Under the pieces are notes generated by a model. The model saw nothing but the letters and a program-made list of their open reading frames with translations, ran no database searches and was not told the DNA's origin. Source: Paramecium tetraurelia (lineage: Eukaryota). From it: DNA of 64,000 bases. The translations under genes and the position numbers were made by a program. This document shows positions 12,689 to 26,170 of this stretch, piece after piece (within the stretch, counting starts at the first letter, position 1; the number at the start of each line of letters is the position of its first letter). The DNA is taken from assembly GCA_000165425.1 (NCBI GenBank), contig CT867998.1, positions 124,001 through 188,000 of the forward strand, given 5' to 3'.

Positions 12689-13764
12689 ATGAGTGCAAAT
12701 GATCTATCCAAGCCTGAAAGTCTGGATAACTTAAGCTAACCATCTTCATAGGAAGGACAATAGAGGAAATAATATAAGGTTCATCGTTTGGGAAACAGGA
12801 AATAATTATCCAATTAAAATTATTACATTAAGGAACAGGCATCAAGCAGAGAGGAGAGAAAATTGAAATCGTATTTGTAGAGGATTGAAGAGTAACAAAA
12901 ATTAGAAGAGGTAAGTCACCTTTAACTTTAGTTTTTATTAAGGCAGCCTTATTGAAACGTAAGCGTTCCAAGGTATTTAAAGCTTATTATTCAAGCCAAA
13001 CCAGGAGACTAAGAGTAGTGAAACTTAGGAAGCTCCAAGGCAAATTGATGAAGTCATGTATTATACCATAAATATAATCTGAAGTATGCCAATATAAGCC
13101 ACAGTGTTGTTGAATCCTTTGTTGGTGCCATAGTAGTCTCAATTAGATGTGACAGCATAAACAAAGCTTCGTCTAAATCCCAAGCTCAAGATGAAAGTAT
13201 CTTAATTTAAAATATTTTTCAAAGGAGAAACATCATATATTCCTTTATCTCTCTGATTGGTACGAGAAATGTGTTGACAATGTGCAAAAACTCAATTCTG
13301 GAGCCACTTAGTCATATTCGCCACAAAAAGTGGGCAAATGTGATGTGACTAATATACAATCAATTAATTAAGATGTGTATTAGGACACTCTCATTTTAAT
13401 AAAAAATTTTAAACATTAATATTAATAATAGAATGGAAATGATTCAAAAGAGTTATTAAGCAAATACTCTGATAAGAAATTTTTAGAGACGTCATATTCG
13501 CCACAAAAAGTGGGCAAATGTGATGTGACTAATATACAATCAATTAATTAAGATGTGTATTAGGACACTCTCATTTTAATAAAAAATTTTAAACATTAAT
13601 ATTAATAATAGAATGGAAATGATTCAAAAGAGTTATTAAGCAAATACTCTGATAAGAAATTTTTAGAGACAATTTTGAGAGATAATAAATAATAAATAAA
13701 TAAAAAAATTGGATTTGAAAAGGTTCAAATATCAAATGGGAAATTTAATTCAAAGAAGCATTGA
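12689..13764 (+). CDS. Uncharacterised charged protein with a 60-aa exact tandem duplication at the C-terminus
   Basis: MSANDLSKPESLDNLSQPSSQEGQQRKQYKVHRLG..., about 4 short introns. The final exon is open through both repeat copies to TGA 13762-13764. Confidence 0.7.
13311..13670 (+). repeat. Perfect tandem direct repeat, 2 x 180 bp
   Basis: 13311-13490 is identical to 13491-13670 (gtcatattcgccacaaaaagtggg...ttttagagac). Confidence 0.97.
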
Positions 13765-14172
13765 TATAAATTACAACTCATTTTATAAATTTAATAACAG
13801 TCATCTAAACTTCTACTTCTCATCCTTTAAGGAGAACAATATAGAAGCTTACACTTATTTTAATTAATTTCATAAGTCAATTTATTATGAAAATCAATAA
13901 TAACTGCTTATTAAAGATATTTTAGAGTATATTAGGAATTATAATACTGTTTTACATATGTTCCTATGATCTTATTCATGAAAGTTCTTGGGAAAAAAAC
14001 TATGTCCAAATAAATATATTTTTATTCAGTAACAACAACCACATGAAGATATGATTCTCCACTGAAAAACAAGAAAGTTAGAAAATTTAAACCCTTTAGA
14101 TATCAAGCAACTTAAATTGAATATTTAACTATGATTGAAATAAAAATGAGTAGATCTCTTTATGAAGCTTCA

Positions 14173-16450
14173 TCATCTTATTCTCTATTTCAGTGAACAA
14201 ACTCTTTTGTGTAAATTAGTGCCACATAAACCATTCTATAGCCAAGCTTTGTAATCAATATTGTCCTTTGAATTAAATCCCATATTTGTAGGAGATGTGT
14301 TTTATCTATCCATGAAAAAATTATTTTAAGAAGTTATTCGCTTCAAGCCAATCAATTTAGATTGTTAAGGAATGGCTGCTGTATTAATCTAAATAGGTTA
14401 AACAAAAGACGACTACCTATAAATTTAAATAAATGACTTTACTAAGATTTAATTCGTTTTTATAAAGAATTAGATTACTCTATATTATTTTTCTATTTCT
14501 AATTAATCAATTGAGATCCTCTTGATTACTGTTTCGATAGACAATTGGATCCTGGGCTGTTCTTTTTGAGATTATACTTTTAGGTCAATTACATTTAGAT
14601 TTATGTTATCATCATAAAATGTTACTTGAGTACTTTACTTTGTTCAATTTTCATTTACTTTTATTGAATTACATCAAAATAAAATGTCTTAAAAATTTTA
14701 ATATCTTTTTATAAACCTGATTTTCCTAGAAGCTTTTCCCTTGTTTCCAATTCCCCTTTGAGCAATTCATTTTGATCATAATGAAATTGTAACTAATTTG
14801 GTTTGAATGGAGGCTCAATGTTCTTTTATAAAATTTAAATCCAATCACATCCTTTAAACCAGGGATGGAGCATCAATTCTTATAAACCATTCTGAGCACC
14901 CAATCTACTTTAAGGTTTCTTACATAAAAGTCCTTTAAGTAGATCTTTGATATCATCAGTTAAATTGATTTTGTCTGGGAATGTCAACTCTTCACTTAAA
15001 ATTGATTCATAAATTTCTTCAGTGTCCCTAGAATAATAAGGAGGTAATCCTGTAACTAATTCATATAAAAGGGCACCTAAACAATAATGATCCACTTAAA
15101 CATTGTGACCAACTTTCAATAACATTTCAGGAGCCATATATTCAGGAGAACCACAAAAACTATATGCATAATCATCTTCATTCATGTTTGGCTTTGATAA
15201 TCCAAAATCTGCAATTCTAATGTGGCCATCCATATCTATCAATATATTCTCTGGTTTTATATCTCTATAGACAACAGATATTGAATGTAAATAATAAATG
15301 GCCAAACAAATTTCAGTAAAATAAAATCTGGCTTGATCCTCAGTCATCCTCTTCACCTATTTCAATTACCAAAATAACTCTCCACCACTGCAAAACTCTA
15401 AGACAAAAACAATGAAGTTTTTAGACTCAAAGGCATATTCTAATTTATTTATAAAGGGATGATCCAACACAGTCATTATGTCTCTCTCATTTTACACAAT
15501 TCCTATATGATTAGTTGATCATCTACCTTATTTTTTACGTTAGATAATAAATTCTTTATCTATCAATTTCATCGCATAAAATCTGCCATCTGATTTCTTT
15601 TTCACTAGATAAACTCTTGAAAATCCTCCAACACCAATACATTTGATAAAAATGAAATCCTTCAATGTTATCTAAGATCCTTGAATGCATCCATAAAATG
15701 GTTATAAATTTAATGTTTATCCACTGAATATATCCAAGGGTTTATTTAATTACTAAATGTAAAAATCAATGGGTAAATTTTTATCAACAGTATGGAATGA
15801 TACAATTTCCATATCTAGACATTCATTGCCCGTCTCACATTGTAATTTATTTTTATTAGACGAAGATCCAGTCGTTGAATATACTACTATATTTTTTTTC
15901 ATTTCTGTTTTCAAATACTCCATCATATAACCTGTACTTTTTTACGGATCCATTGTAAACTTATATTATTAATTCAAAGAATGAACCACTACAACAATTT
16001 AATTTGCTACACTTACAAAACTCTAGTTTTTTATAGTCTATATAAATGATTTCTGAAGTTAATTAGAATTGGTTCTTCGAGTATCAGTAGTGGCAATTGT
16101 CTTTAGAATATTGGATGAGTCTGATATGTTATTCTGTTAATTAGATTTCTACGTAGACAATTATTTATGACTGGTCATTAGTTTTAATAATTCCTTTTTG
16201 TATTATTTCCCCTGTAAGAGTTATCCTTAACATTTCTATAATTGTTTCTAATCTATCCCTTGAAACCCAGAACTTTAATTAGTTTTATGAGTTGGACTCT
16301 GACTAAGCAGTCCACTTGGATTGAAGGATTGACTCAATTTGATGTTACTTTTACTCGTACAACTACAAATTACAATGGCCAATACATTCTTAATTTATTT
16401 TATTGTACGATCTCTTATAACTATTGTTAAGGACGAGTTAAATGCTGCAT
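14173..16450 (-). CDS. AGC-family Ser/Thr protein kinase (S6K/Akt-like)
   Basis: IGVGGFSRVYLV, YAMK, YRDIKPENIL, DFG, FCGSPEYMAPE, DHYCLG and the AGC tail IEPPFKP. Ends ...CSLKQRIR*. Confidence 0.93.
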
Positions 16451-17196
16451 TTGGATGTTATTAATAATTATTCGAATTTTAAATAACACTATATACTAAA
16501 ATATAAACACATCAAACTTAATTAATTTATCAACCTTGTTTCATCTCAATTATTTATGATAATCTACCAAAATCCAGTAATCATGTTAAATCTAATGAAA
16601 AGTTTAAAAAAAGAATTTCTGATCTTTCTTAAATTATAGCACACGACTACTCTGTTTTACTTTCATTTTCATCAGTTTGCACTTCAAAAATGTCGACTTC
16701 AACAACGTCGAAGATTTTGGCTCATTCTTAAGACTTGATCGAAAGAAGTTTATTCTGCAAAAAATTATGTGCCATCCTCTTTCACCAACTATGTATTTTA
16801 TCGAATTCTGCTCAAAAGAGTAAAAATACTTATTGAAGAAACAGATGACAGTATTATTATTAAATAATGAATATTTGGTTTTAACAACAAAATTTCTATC
16901 ATTTTTCTTTATGTAAACATAATTTGTGGTTTTACTTTTTTTTATAAAAAATTTTAGAAATTTTTTAGCCTCTCATAAAAAAAAGAATTCTTCATTACAT
17001 ATTTTCATTTGATGGAAGTGCAATGCAAGTAAAAAAAATTATATATAATTTCATTTATTTTATTTATTTTTTTTTGAAAGCTATTAATATAGTTTAAATT
17101 GGTCTTTTTCATAGCATTACTAACTATTTATTAAAATATATAAATCTATCTTTTCTCAATATTAATTTCAATACTACCTTTTATATTTAGACCCTA

Positions 17197-18410
17197 TGAA
17201 TACAAGTGAATAAACGAAAATTTCTCCAGATTTTGAACTGGAATCTCATTGTAACTAATTTTGAAGTATTAAATAATTTTTTTCATAATCTGTAAGCCAT
17301 TCTCTTGATAATTTCTTATAGGTATGATACTGGATACAAATAATAGTTACTTAATTTAAATCTATGCTCTTTGAGGATATATGAATCACCATAGACCAAC
17401 ATGATAACATTTATTTAAGTTATAAGAAATTTCAAACCAAAAAATTATAAATAGCATCATTTAATAAACAAAATATATAGTCTCAAAAAAGAACTATCAT
17501 AAAAAAAGCAATTGTTTCAGGAAAAATATATAGTATTCGCAAGTCAACAGAAACCTCTTGAAATTCTATGTGAAAAATCGTTCTAGGATTTATTCAGAGA
17601 GAAAACACATTTTGAATAGATCAAACGCTCCTTCCATGGACCAAGGCGATTAATTATATAATGAGTATCAATAGAAGAATCTGAATAGAGCACCACAACA
17701 AAAAAAAAATAGAAACCAATACTTCGTTTGCTTTTCTAATTCGAATTAATATATAGATTAATTATTCCACTTATTGAATTGCAACAATCAACAATTGAAT
17801 ACTAAAATATGGAGTATCTTGCAAATGATTCCCAGTAATTAGGAAGTATATTAATTGATTGAATAATCGCAGAATGATTGGAGTAAGTTGCTAGTTGTTG
17901 GTAACAAATATCGATTACAATATCATTTACAAATATTAAGGGAATAATTGTCATGTGATTGTGTAGAAGATGAAGATAATTACAGAATATTGAGATATAA
18001 TTTCATATTTGAAATGCACAACAATTATTCACTCTACCCAGTGTATAAGAGGAGTAATACAAGGAAGAGAGCTTTTGATTTATTGTTAGAGTTAAGCAAA
18101 GTCTAAATGCATCTCTATTAAATACTAGATCTAATTCAAATCAATCAGCAAACCAGAACAAGTTCTCAAGAATTAAATTCGGAATTTGGCATCAAAAGAG
18201 AACATGGATTTGTATGTCTCTATATAGAAATGGTGTGCTGTTACAAGGTCTTGGAGAATTCTAAATTTTATTATTGAGGCGAATTTGATTTAAGGATTGA
18301 GATGCTTTGATTTTTTAGGATGCAATCAATTGGTTTGCCTTATGATATTAAGATTGTTTGAGTGCTTGAAAAATCTAATTGGAATCCAAAAGTCCTTGGA
18401 TTACATGTAA
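17197..18410 (+). pseudogene. Frameshifted remnant resembling a mono-ADP-ribosyltransferase (PARP6/8/16-like) with C-terminal UBA-like segment
   Basis: Motifs occur in the expected order but in different frames: HFEQIKRSFHG (~17607-17640), YG../YLANDS (~17808-17832), VEDEDNYRILRY (~17963-17998), MQSIGLPYD...VLEKSNWN with an internal TGA. Confidence 0.35.
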
Positions 18411-18632
18411 TAAATATTATAAATATTATTAATATAATATATTAAAAAATTCAAGGCTTGAATATGGATTAAGTCAATGCCAAAGCACTATAGGATAGGG
18501 AAAAGGCAAGGATGACTCCAAATATTCCCACTAGTATTTTGTACTATTCATCATTGAGGACTTTTCTTTAATTAATCATTTAATAAATATTAATAAAATA
18601 TTGATGAATAGATATACTTATTGTATTATATT

Positions 18633-19133
18633 TCAAATAATTTCTACAAATGCTTTTGGATGTTAAAAGACTGTAGCTGTTGGTTTGACGACTTCAGCAT
18701 TTCTTGGGAGGACTGGTTATCTTTTGGTTGAAATATGTTTTTTTTATTTATTGGGTTCTGTTTTCTTTTTATCATTCTCTTAAACTCTCTTAACAAATTC
18801 TTCTCTGCATTTTGATGGCCTCAAATGATCAGCTCTGACATGGAATCTCTTCTCTACATATCTACCTCTAACTCTTCTTTGTAATGAGACACCGATTCCT
18901 CTTGGATTGACATTGAATACTCTAGCAGTACGTCCATGATAATATTAGAAGGGGACACCCTTGTGTTATGCACCATCAACCAAAATATCAACAAAATCAC
19001 CTAGGATTCATGATGGAATTGTACCTCTTCTGAAGGTTTAGAGTGTTTTGCGAATGCTAATGTTTCCATGTCCTCTGAATGGTTTAGCAAACTTGCTTCT
19101 TGTACCCTTTTTCAAACCATAACTATGTGTCAT
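18633..19133 (-). CDS. RPL21: 60S ribosomal protein L21 (eL21)
   Basis: MTHSYGLKKGTRSKFAKPFRGHG...[31 protein letters not shown]. One 24-nt intron at 19001-19024; 158 aa. Confidence 0.97.
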
Positions 19134-19234
19134 TTATTGAAGATATTAATTTTTTTTTAAATTATTTTTACTCACATACTTAGAAGGCCCTTGAGGAAAT
19201 TCAAATTGATTAATGTATGTTTGTAATATATATA

Positions 19235-19637
19235 TCATTGAGCTGCGACTGGAGCTTAAACTTTGGTGGCATCCTTTTTTTAAGTTGTTTATTAAACAGG
19301 TCGTTTTCTTTCAATGACACGAATTTTTCTGTCTTCAGAAGATCTGACTCTCACAATACGAGCATGGATAGCACATGATACGCAATACTATTCTGATTAA
19401 TATAAACACTACTTAGAGTTTGTCAAACAATTTTGGAATTGACTATTATTATTTGGTGTCATAAGCTGATGCTTCCAAGATATCCTTCTTTGATGATGCA
19501 TCAACAATGTCTCTCACTGTAAATCTCTTGATGGCCTTATCTTTGCCAACTAATCTACAACAATTTGAGCATGTAACTGGTTTGACATGTCCTCTGTTTT
19601 TCTTGGAACGACCATTATTTCTTCTCTTTGATGGCAT
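19235..19637 (-). CDS. RPS26: 40S ribosomal protein S26 (eS26)
   Basis: [26 protein letters not shown]...KDKAIKRF...[16 protein letters not shown]. One 25-nt intron at 19388-19412; 125 aa. Confidence 0.98.
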
Positions 19638-19867
19638 AAGAATTTTTATTTTTTAATAATTTATTTAAAATGATTTAATTTTTTTCATATTAACATCCCC
19701 AATACATATCTATTTAATTAATTATAGTACATACTCATTCTCATCATCACCCAATCAAAGGATATCTATATATATCATATCATATTCAATGTAATTCAAT
19801 TCAACACAAATTAACTTAAATAACAATCAATACAAAGCATAACACTTTAATATTTTATTTATTAAAA

Positions 19868-20680
19868 ATGACTGATGATCTCTAAACTATCATTATACTA
19901 TTATTAAATAATTTCATAACTGTCCTTATTAATATCCTTAAAGTATTTTTAAATATAGAAATTATCCTACATTTTTGCAATAAAATTCAATTCAACATCT
20001 TCCTCGGAGCAGCTAGGCTCGGCTGGGTTGTAGGGTGCCCTAAGTCTAAAAATTTGGCAATTGATATTTTATTATTCCTAACTTATTTCATAGCTCAATC
20101 AACAAAATTAGCAAAATCATTGATATTCAAACATTAAATAAGTGTAATTGAACAAATTTAGAATGTTTGATAATTAAATGAATCTTCTTGAATTTTTACA
20201 TCTAATATGAATTAACAGAAATAAATCTATTTTTATATGCTTCGGTATTTTTCAGATTTTTAAGCAAAACAATATTAAAAGCTTTAGGCAATTTGTTAAT
20301 ATATTCATCCTGGATTATACTCCCTTAAATTGACATTCATTTCCAATTAAAAAAATCTATATACATTATTCGCTTTTTTAAATTAATTGAATATTTATCA
20401 TCATCTAAGTAATTTCAACTGGAATTATTATTATTTTCAGTCCAATCATATATAATCAAATTCAATTCAATATATTGTTGTGTAGGTTATCAAATTAGAT
20501 AAATTGATTTCTATTAATCAGTAAAGTATACTTCTAACTTCTAATTATAAAAATTAATATCGCTAATAGTGATTACTCAGAGATCTTCTAATTGTTTAAT
20601 GAGTCCTGCAAGATTCGAAAAAATATCCTTGTGCAACAAGAAATAATATAATTTGAGGATGAAATATTTAAATTATAATA
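19868..20680 (+). CDS. Uncharacterised multi-intron gene (or 5' part of the next gene)
   Basis: ATG after an A-rich leader, coding-like patches and short introns. One frame (DYSEIFQLFNESCKIRKNILVQQEIIQFEDEIFKLQYK) reads directly into the ATG at 20685. Confidence 0.35.
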
Positions 20681-20684
20681 TAAA

Positions 20685-23318
20685 ATGGCCGATACATTTT
20701 TATTGACTGAGGCTTAGATAACTCAAAAGAAACCTGTATAACTAAGTCCTCCAAAGATAGAAACTGAAGCAGAGAAGAAAGAGAGGCATTGGTTATAGAT
20801 ATTGAATAAAATTCTATTCAATCCTCCAAATGATGACTATTATCAAAAATGGCCAATCAAACCAGGTTGATTTGAAATCATTAAACTTTAATAGGAATAT
20901 TTTTCTACAAAGCCTTGGCTATGGGAAAATTGCCAACCGAATAAATAAGAGTTAACATACCTGAAAGTGTAATGTGTTTTGAATAAACATATATTTTGAT
21001 GTACACAGATCCAGCAACAGGGCAATTGATGAGAAAAACCGATATTGGATATTAGGATTTCGAGAATAAAGTATAAGTCAGTTAAATTAGGTGCATCATT
21101 ATCATGAAGAATATTTGAAACGTCATGTCTAAGATGATAGATTTGATATGAGAACCAATGTATTTGTGAATTAGGATAACCCATATATAATAAGTAGAGG
21201 TCAAACAGGATAGGATTGGAATATGTCTAAAGCTGTATATACATTTCGGTAATAAAAAGAGAGAAAAGTTTAATTAGATAACAACAAACTAGAATAGCGA
21301 TTTGTAATATCAAGAGTAATGAAAGCAACTATTGTTCGACTTGTGTTCTATACAAAGAATTCAAAATCCTCCCATGCTAATTATGGTTATCGAATTATGA
21401 ATGTAATGGAATTATACGATCCAAATCCAAAAAAATCAATAACAAACAAAACTACTATTAATACAGAACAATAAAACTCCTTCACTATCCAATAAATTAA
21501 GGGAGTGGGATTATATGAATACGAGAAGGTTTGCGAATAGATAGTAACCTATTTGGAGAAGAATTACCCTGTAAGAATAAAGACGGGTGTTTTTGACTTT
21601 CTCTAAGATCCAGAGGGAAGGATCTGGTTATTCAATTGTAAATAATTAATAATGGAAAATGCTATTTCAATGAGTGAAATTTAAGGAGTAGGTTAAGGAA
21701 AGAAGACACTCGATTAATTGACTTGTTCAGTGTATTGTAAATTGTGTGGTATCATATTTAAGAAGGATGATGCTAGCAAAACACTTACTTATAAGTTATT
21801 ATGGGAATTAGTTTAACATTTAAAAAAAAGAAATAAATAGTTAACAAATATTAAAGTATCTCATTTATCTACCAGACCTTGTAGAGTATGTGATGTTTGT
21901 TACATGCTTATTGTTGGAGAGCATGAATTAGTTGAAATTGAATAGAAATTTGCCATTGCTTAAAACATTCCATTGGGAGATGCTATCATCAGAGTTCCTA
22001 TGGATAGTAAACCAAAGCATAGACCAGCTCTCTTGAATGAATAATTATATCAATGGAGGTTACTGTTTTATTTGGAGATGGTTGATTTGTAAGGTAAGAA
22101 ATTGATAGATTTGAATGGTAATTCTGTTGGAGACCTTAAGAATATAGTGCTATAATATCGTTTACATCAATCAAAATCATCATTTAAAACACATATCATT
22201 AAAGATGATAATTACTAAACTTTGAAATCAAATAAACAACAAACCTCACAATCTTAATAAAAATAACTTAGATTCAGTGGAATTGAAAGGTCTGATTCTA
22301 TTGATGCTCCAGATGGATAAGGGGAAGATTAATTTGCTTAAATTAATGATGAAAATTTAAAATTGAATGTCATCAGAGTCCATTACTATTTTAGTGAAAC
22401 TACAGACATAGAGAAGTTTTTGTCAGAAACAGAAATTAAAATGAGATTATGTTAAGGTTCTGAGTGGATTAATTATGTGGCAGAAGGATCTACTAAGACT
22501 ATACACCACTTTAAAAACTCATAGATGGGAGGTCAGAGACATAGAGCTTAAGTTTTGTTGTTTTTTGCTAATGGTCATTATTGCATATTGAATCTACAAG
22601 TTGGATTGGTAATTATTGTCTATATCCTTAGTTTTGTGACGGGTAGTATAATACTGGCAAATTGAATCTGTATAAATACAATAATGTGTACTTTCCAGAT
22701 GACAATTATTACAATTGTAATCCCTTCCCACCTGAATGGATGGAGATATTTGATCCTCAATATGTGAATATGCATAATACTTTTGAAGAGTAAGTAAAAG
22801 AAATAGAGGCTTACTCTCCCAAGTGTACAAAACATGAATTGAATCAAATGATAGATTTCAACAAATATAAGGAAACTACAAAGTATAAGACAGTAAAACC
22901 TAAAATTGATGCCAAAAAAAGAGATATTCAATCAGCAGCTCCTCAATATGGTTCGAATACTCAATAGGTATTACCCAAATTGCCGTAGTCGGCCAAGAAA
23001 TACTCGAATACAATGAGATAATTCGATGAACAACAATTATTGGAGCATTACACTTTGGAGGAGTAGGACATAGGGGAGTTGTTATTCGAAGAGAAGAAAT
23101 AGAACAAGAAGATTAGCAAGGAAGATAGAGAGTTCTATGAATAACACAACTTATATGATGAAGAAGCAGAGGATAGTTAAGAAGATCAGGAATTAAATTT
23201 GAGATTGAATAAGCAAATTCAAAAGTCAATGAAACAGTTGGATAATTAATCGCAACAATCTAATTCTGTGAGACCAATAAGATCAGCATAATAGTTACCA
23301 CCGAAAGGACACAGATGA
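20685..23318 (+). CDS. Uncharacterised protein with split CxxC..CxxC zinc-binding motif and acidic tail
   Basis: MADTFLLTEAQ...; LTCSVYCKLCG...TRPCRVCDVCYMLIV. Long open frame in code 6 ending PPKGHR*. Confidence 0.75.
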
Positions 23319-23345
23319 TAATATATTATTATTATTAATATAAAA

Positions 23346-23810
23346 ATGGTTTATTAGTGGACAAACTTTGTCTGGGAAAACAATGCATGGTGGTTAAGAA
23401 GAATCAGACCTGTACTTTTGTTAAAATATCATCAAGTTTATTGTCTTGGGAGGATTTGCATTTACAGCATTCTATGGGGGCAGATATTATTTCTTTGGAA
23501 AGTGGGCTTATTATAAACAAAGATAATTTTCAGAGGCTGAACTTGTAGCATAAGCAGAAGTCAATAAGAGGTGTAATTATCACACTAATGCTATATAGAA
23601 ATTGGGGATATGGAGTTTGGTACAAACCAACATTGGAGAGAAGCAGAAAGAAGTTATTGCAAGACGCATTGAAAGGTAATAGAAAGAGATACATTTTGTG
23701 TAGATAAATATAGATATGCGATGACATGGGAAGAGTTGTTTTATGAGGATCCAAGACCAGTTGAAGAAATTCTTGAAGAAGAAAACTCCTGGGAAGAATA
23801 CGAGATATGA
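23346..23810 (+). CDS. Small aromatic-rich single-pass membrane protein (possibly a mitochondrial inner-membrane complex subunit)
   Basis: MVYQWTNFVWENNAWWLRRIRP|FIVLGGFAFTAFYGGRYYFFGKWAYYK...NWGYGVWYKPTLERSRKK...WEEYEI*, with 3 short introns. The function is inference only. Confidence 0.75.
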
Positions 23811-23887
23811 CAAGATTTATATTCCCTATATTGTTATAGATATATAATTATTTCATATGAAGAGAGTCCATATGAAATTCATATCAC

Positions 23888-24573
23888 TCATTCTTGTTTT
23901 AGAGATGTGGTGATAGCTTAAGCCAATTTCACTAACTCACTTACATAACTAGATAATTGAATATTATTGCATACGTCGAAGTCAATGATGATCTACTAAC
24001 TACTGATGACTCAATCTTATTTCGCAATGCCACTATTTCATTTAATTATACTGCATCAGACAAAAGTCTTCCTTGTTTTCTCTATGATCCTTTTAATGGC
24101 AATTATAGAGTATCACTTGGTCTTTAAAATATCTTCTTTTGTGAAGATTGAGATTTCGAATTTTGAGATTGCTTTTCAATTGAATTGCTCATTAAATTCT
24201 AGCCTAAATTGTTTGAAATTCTTAAGATATTGGCTAAATATTGATTACATTTATTTCATTCCATATGCTCTATGTGGAGAGTACAGATTCTTCTGAGGAG
24301 TAAAATCATCGTTAGAATTATAATTTAAAATTGTCAAACGAGATTAAGACAAATCTCGAATTCTTGCTTGTAAATTGTCAAAAGATGGTACTCCTTAACG
24401 ATTGTCCTTTCTTTGAATAGAGATGGTTCTTACTTCACAGAATTGAAGACTGATTAATTCAAATCATTATTCAAACTCAAATTCAATCTGTCTTTCACAT
24501 GAGAACGATATGATTTCAAATCGAAATTGGCATCTAAGGGACGTCGTTAATTAGAATCATTGAATGTTCTCAT
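23888..24573 (-). CDS. Uncharacterised coiled-coil protein
   Basis: MRTFNDSNQRRPLDANFDLKSYRSHVKDRL...VKLAQAITTSLKQE*. Confidence 0.65.
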
Positions 24574-24646
24574 AGCTTATTTCAAATATTTAAATTATAA
24601 ACCTATTTTTGTTTAATTCTAGGTTATTATAAAAATAATATTGTAA

Positions 24647-25486
24647 TCAGAATTTTTTCAATTGTCTGACCGAGATTGAGTTTCTGAAATCATACAACGA
24701 ACTCAGTTATGGTAAGATAGATTTTGGAGAACACTAAGTGGAATTGGGTTTAGAACGGTTTGCAATATATTAACTAATAGGTCTATTCGCTTATTTCACA
24801 TAGTAGACTCTTTCCAACTTTTTTAATTCCTTAGGCGAAGAAAGGAAATGAGCAAACGATTTACGATTCTGATTTATCTTTGGTTTAAATTGATAAAATT
24901 CTTCATCCGAATCATGTTCAGCCAACACTTCGACATGATGTTGTTATAGTTTCAATTACCTTAGATTCAAACAATAACAAATACTTAATTCCCTCAGCAA
25001 GCAAATTGGCCACAGCAGAGGGCTTATGGATATGCACATTCTAATTGATGGCTTTTTTCATTTTATTCCTTTGTCGATCTCTTATCTTTTATACGATCTT
25101 GTATCTAATCATGAATAACACACAATGAGCATATTTCCTGAACTTTTTGTATAGTCTCCTCCTTCGATTAAAGCTAATTTGTTTAATATTAATTCAATTT
25201 ACTTGCTTTCAAAGGGAAATAACTGAAAAGTCTTTTTCATAAATGAATTGTTCTTACCACAATCAATACAATCGCAGCTGGAATCTCTTATAGCTGTTGA
25301 AAAGTATTTTTTCAATTTTCTTGATTATCGTTCGCTTAGTTATGGAATTTCCTCCACTAATGGTATTCTATGCTTTGTAAATAAGGACATTTTATCGAAG
25401 AATCTCGATGGTCTGCTGCTTTGCTGTTGGGAAATAATCTTTCGATGCTATGGTTTGATATGTGTCTACAGTAATGATTTATTCAT
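24647..25486 (-). CDS. Uncharacterised basic protein with CxCxxC motif
   Basis: MNKSLLQTHIKPQHRKII...RDSSCDCIDCGKNN...SISVRQLKKF*. Confidence 0.7.
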
Positions 25487-26170
25487 TTTATTAATAAATA
25501 TAAATTGATTTAACTGGAATACATTAACAACATAAATTTCATATTAATTATCGAATTCGTCCTCTATAATCTTCAAAATACTACTATTTTCATTATGAAT
25601 TTCTACACTTGAAATGCATTTAAATATGATCAAGTTGTAAATACTCGTGAATTTACAATTTATTAATTGTTATTTTTATTTAAATTAATAGAATATCTCT
25701 TTAAAGTTATTCTTAACCTGAAAATAATTAAAGAAGAATTAAACTTCAAATATTCCAGTTAAGATTGAGTGTTGAGATTATCTTTTAAATATATTTTATT
25801 ATAAATATAAAAAAATTTAGAATTACTTATATAAAATATAATTAACCTGCTAAAATAGAGTTTAGATCAGTAAGGTCATATTAAATTCAGTTATTGATAA
25901 CAAATTGGATAAACATATGTTTAGTTGTATTATATTTTACATCAAATTTATCATAGCAATTGAGAATATTATATTAGTTAAATCAATTATGAAATATCAT
26001 ATTAAAACATCCCTTAGAATAAAGTAAGTATTAAATATATTGGTTGTTAAGATAAAGTGAAAAATTATAAATATAATATTGAGTAATTAATTTGCAAATT
26101 TTCTGATAGAATGTTCTTTTGAGATTAAAATTCTATTCATACGTGGAATAAATAAAATAAAAAATAATTA

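Noticed and set aside
13311..13670. Direct repeat as CRISPR array or LTR pair
   Set aside because: Only two abutting copies, with no spacers or internal sequence, inside a eukaryotic exon.
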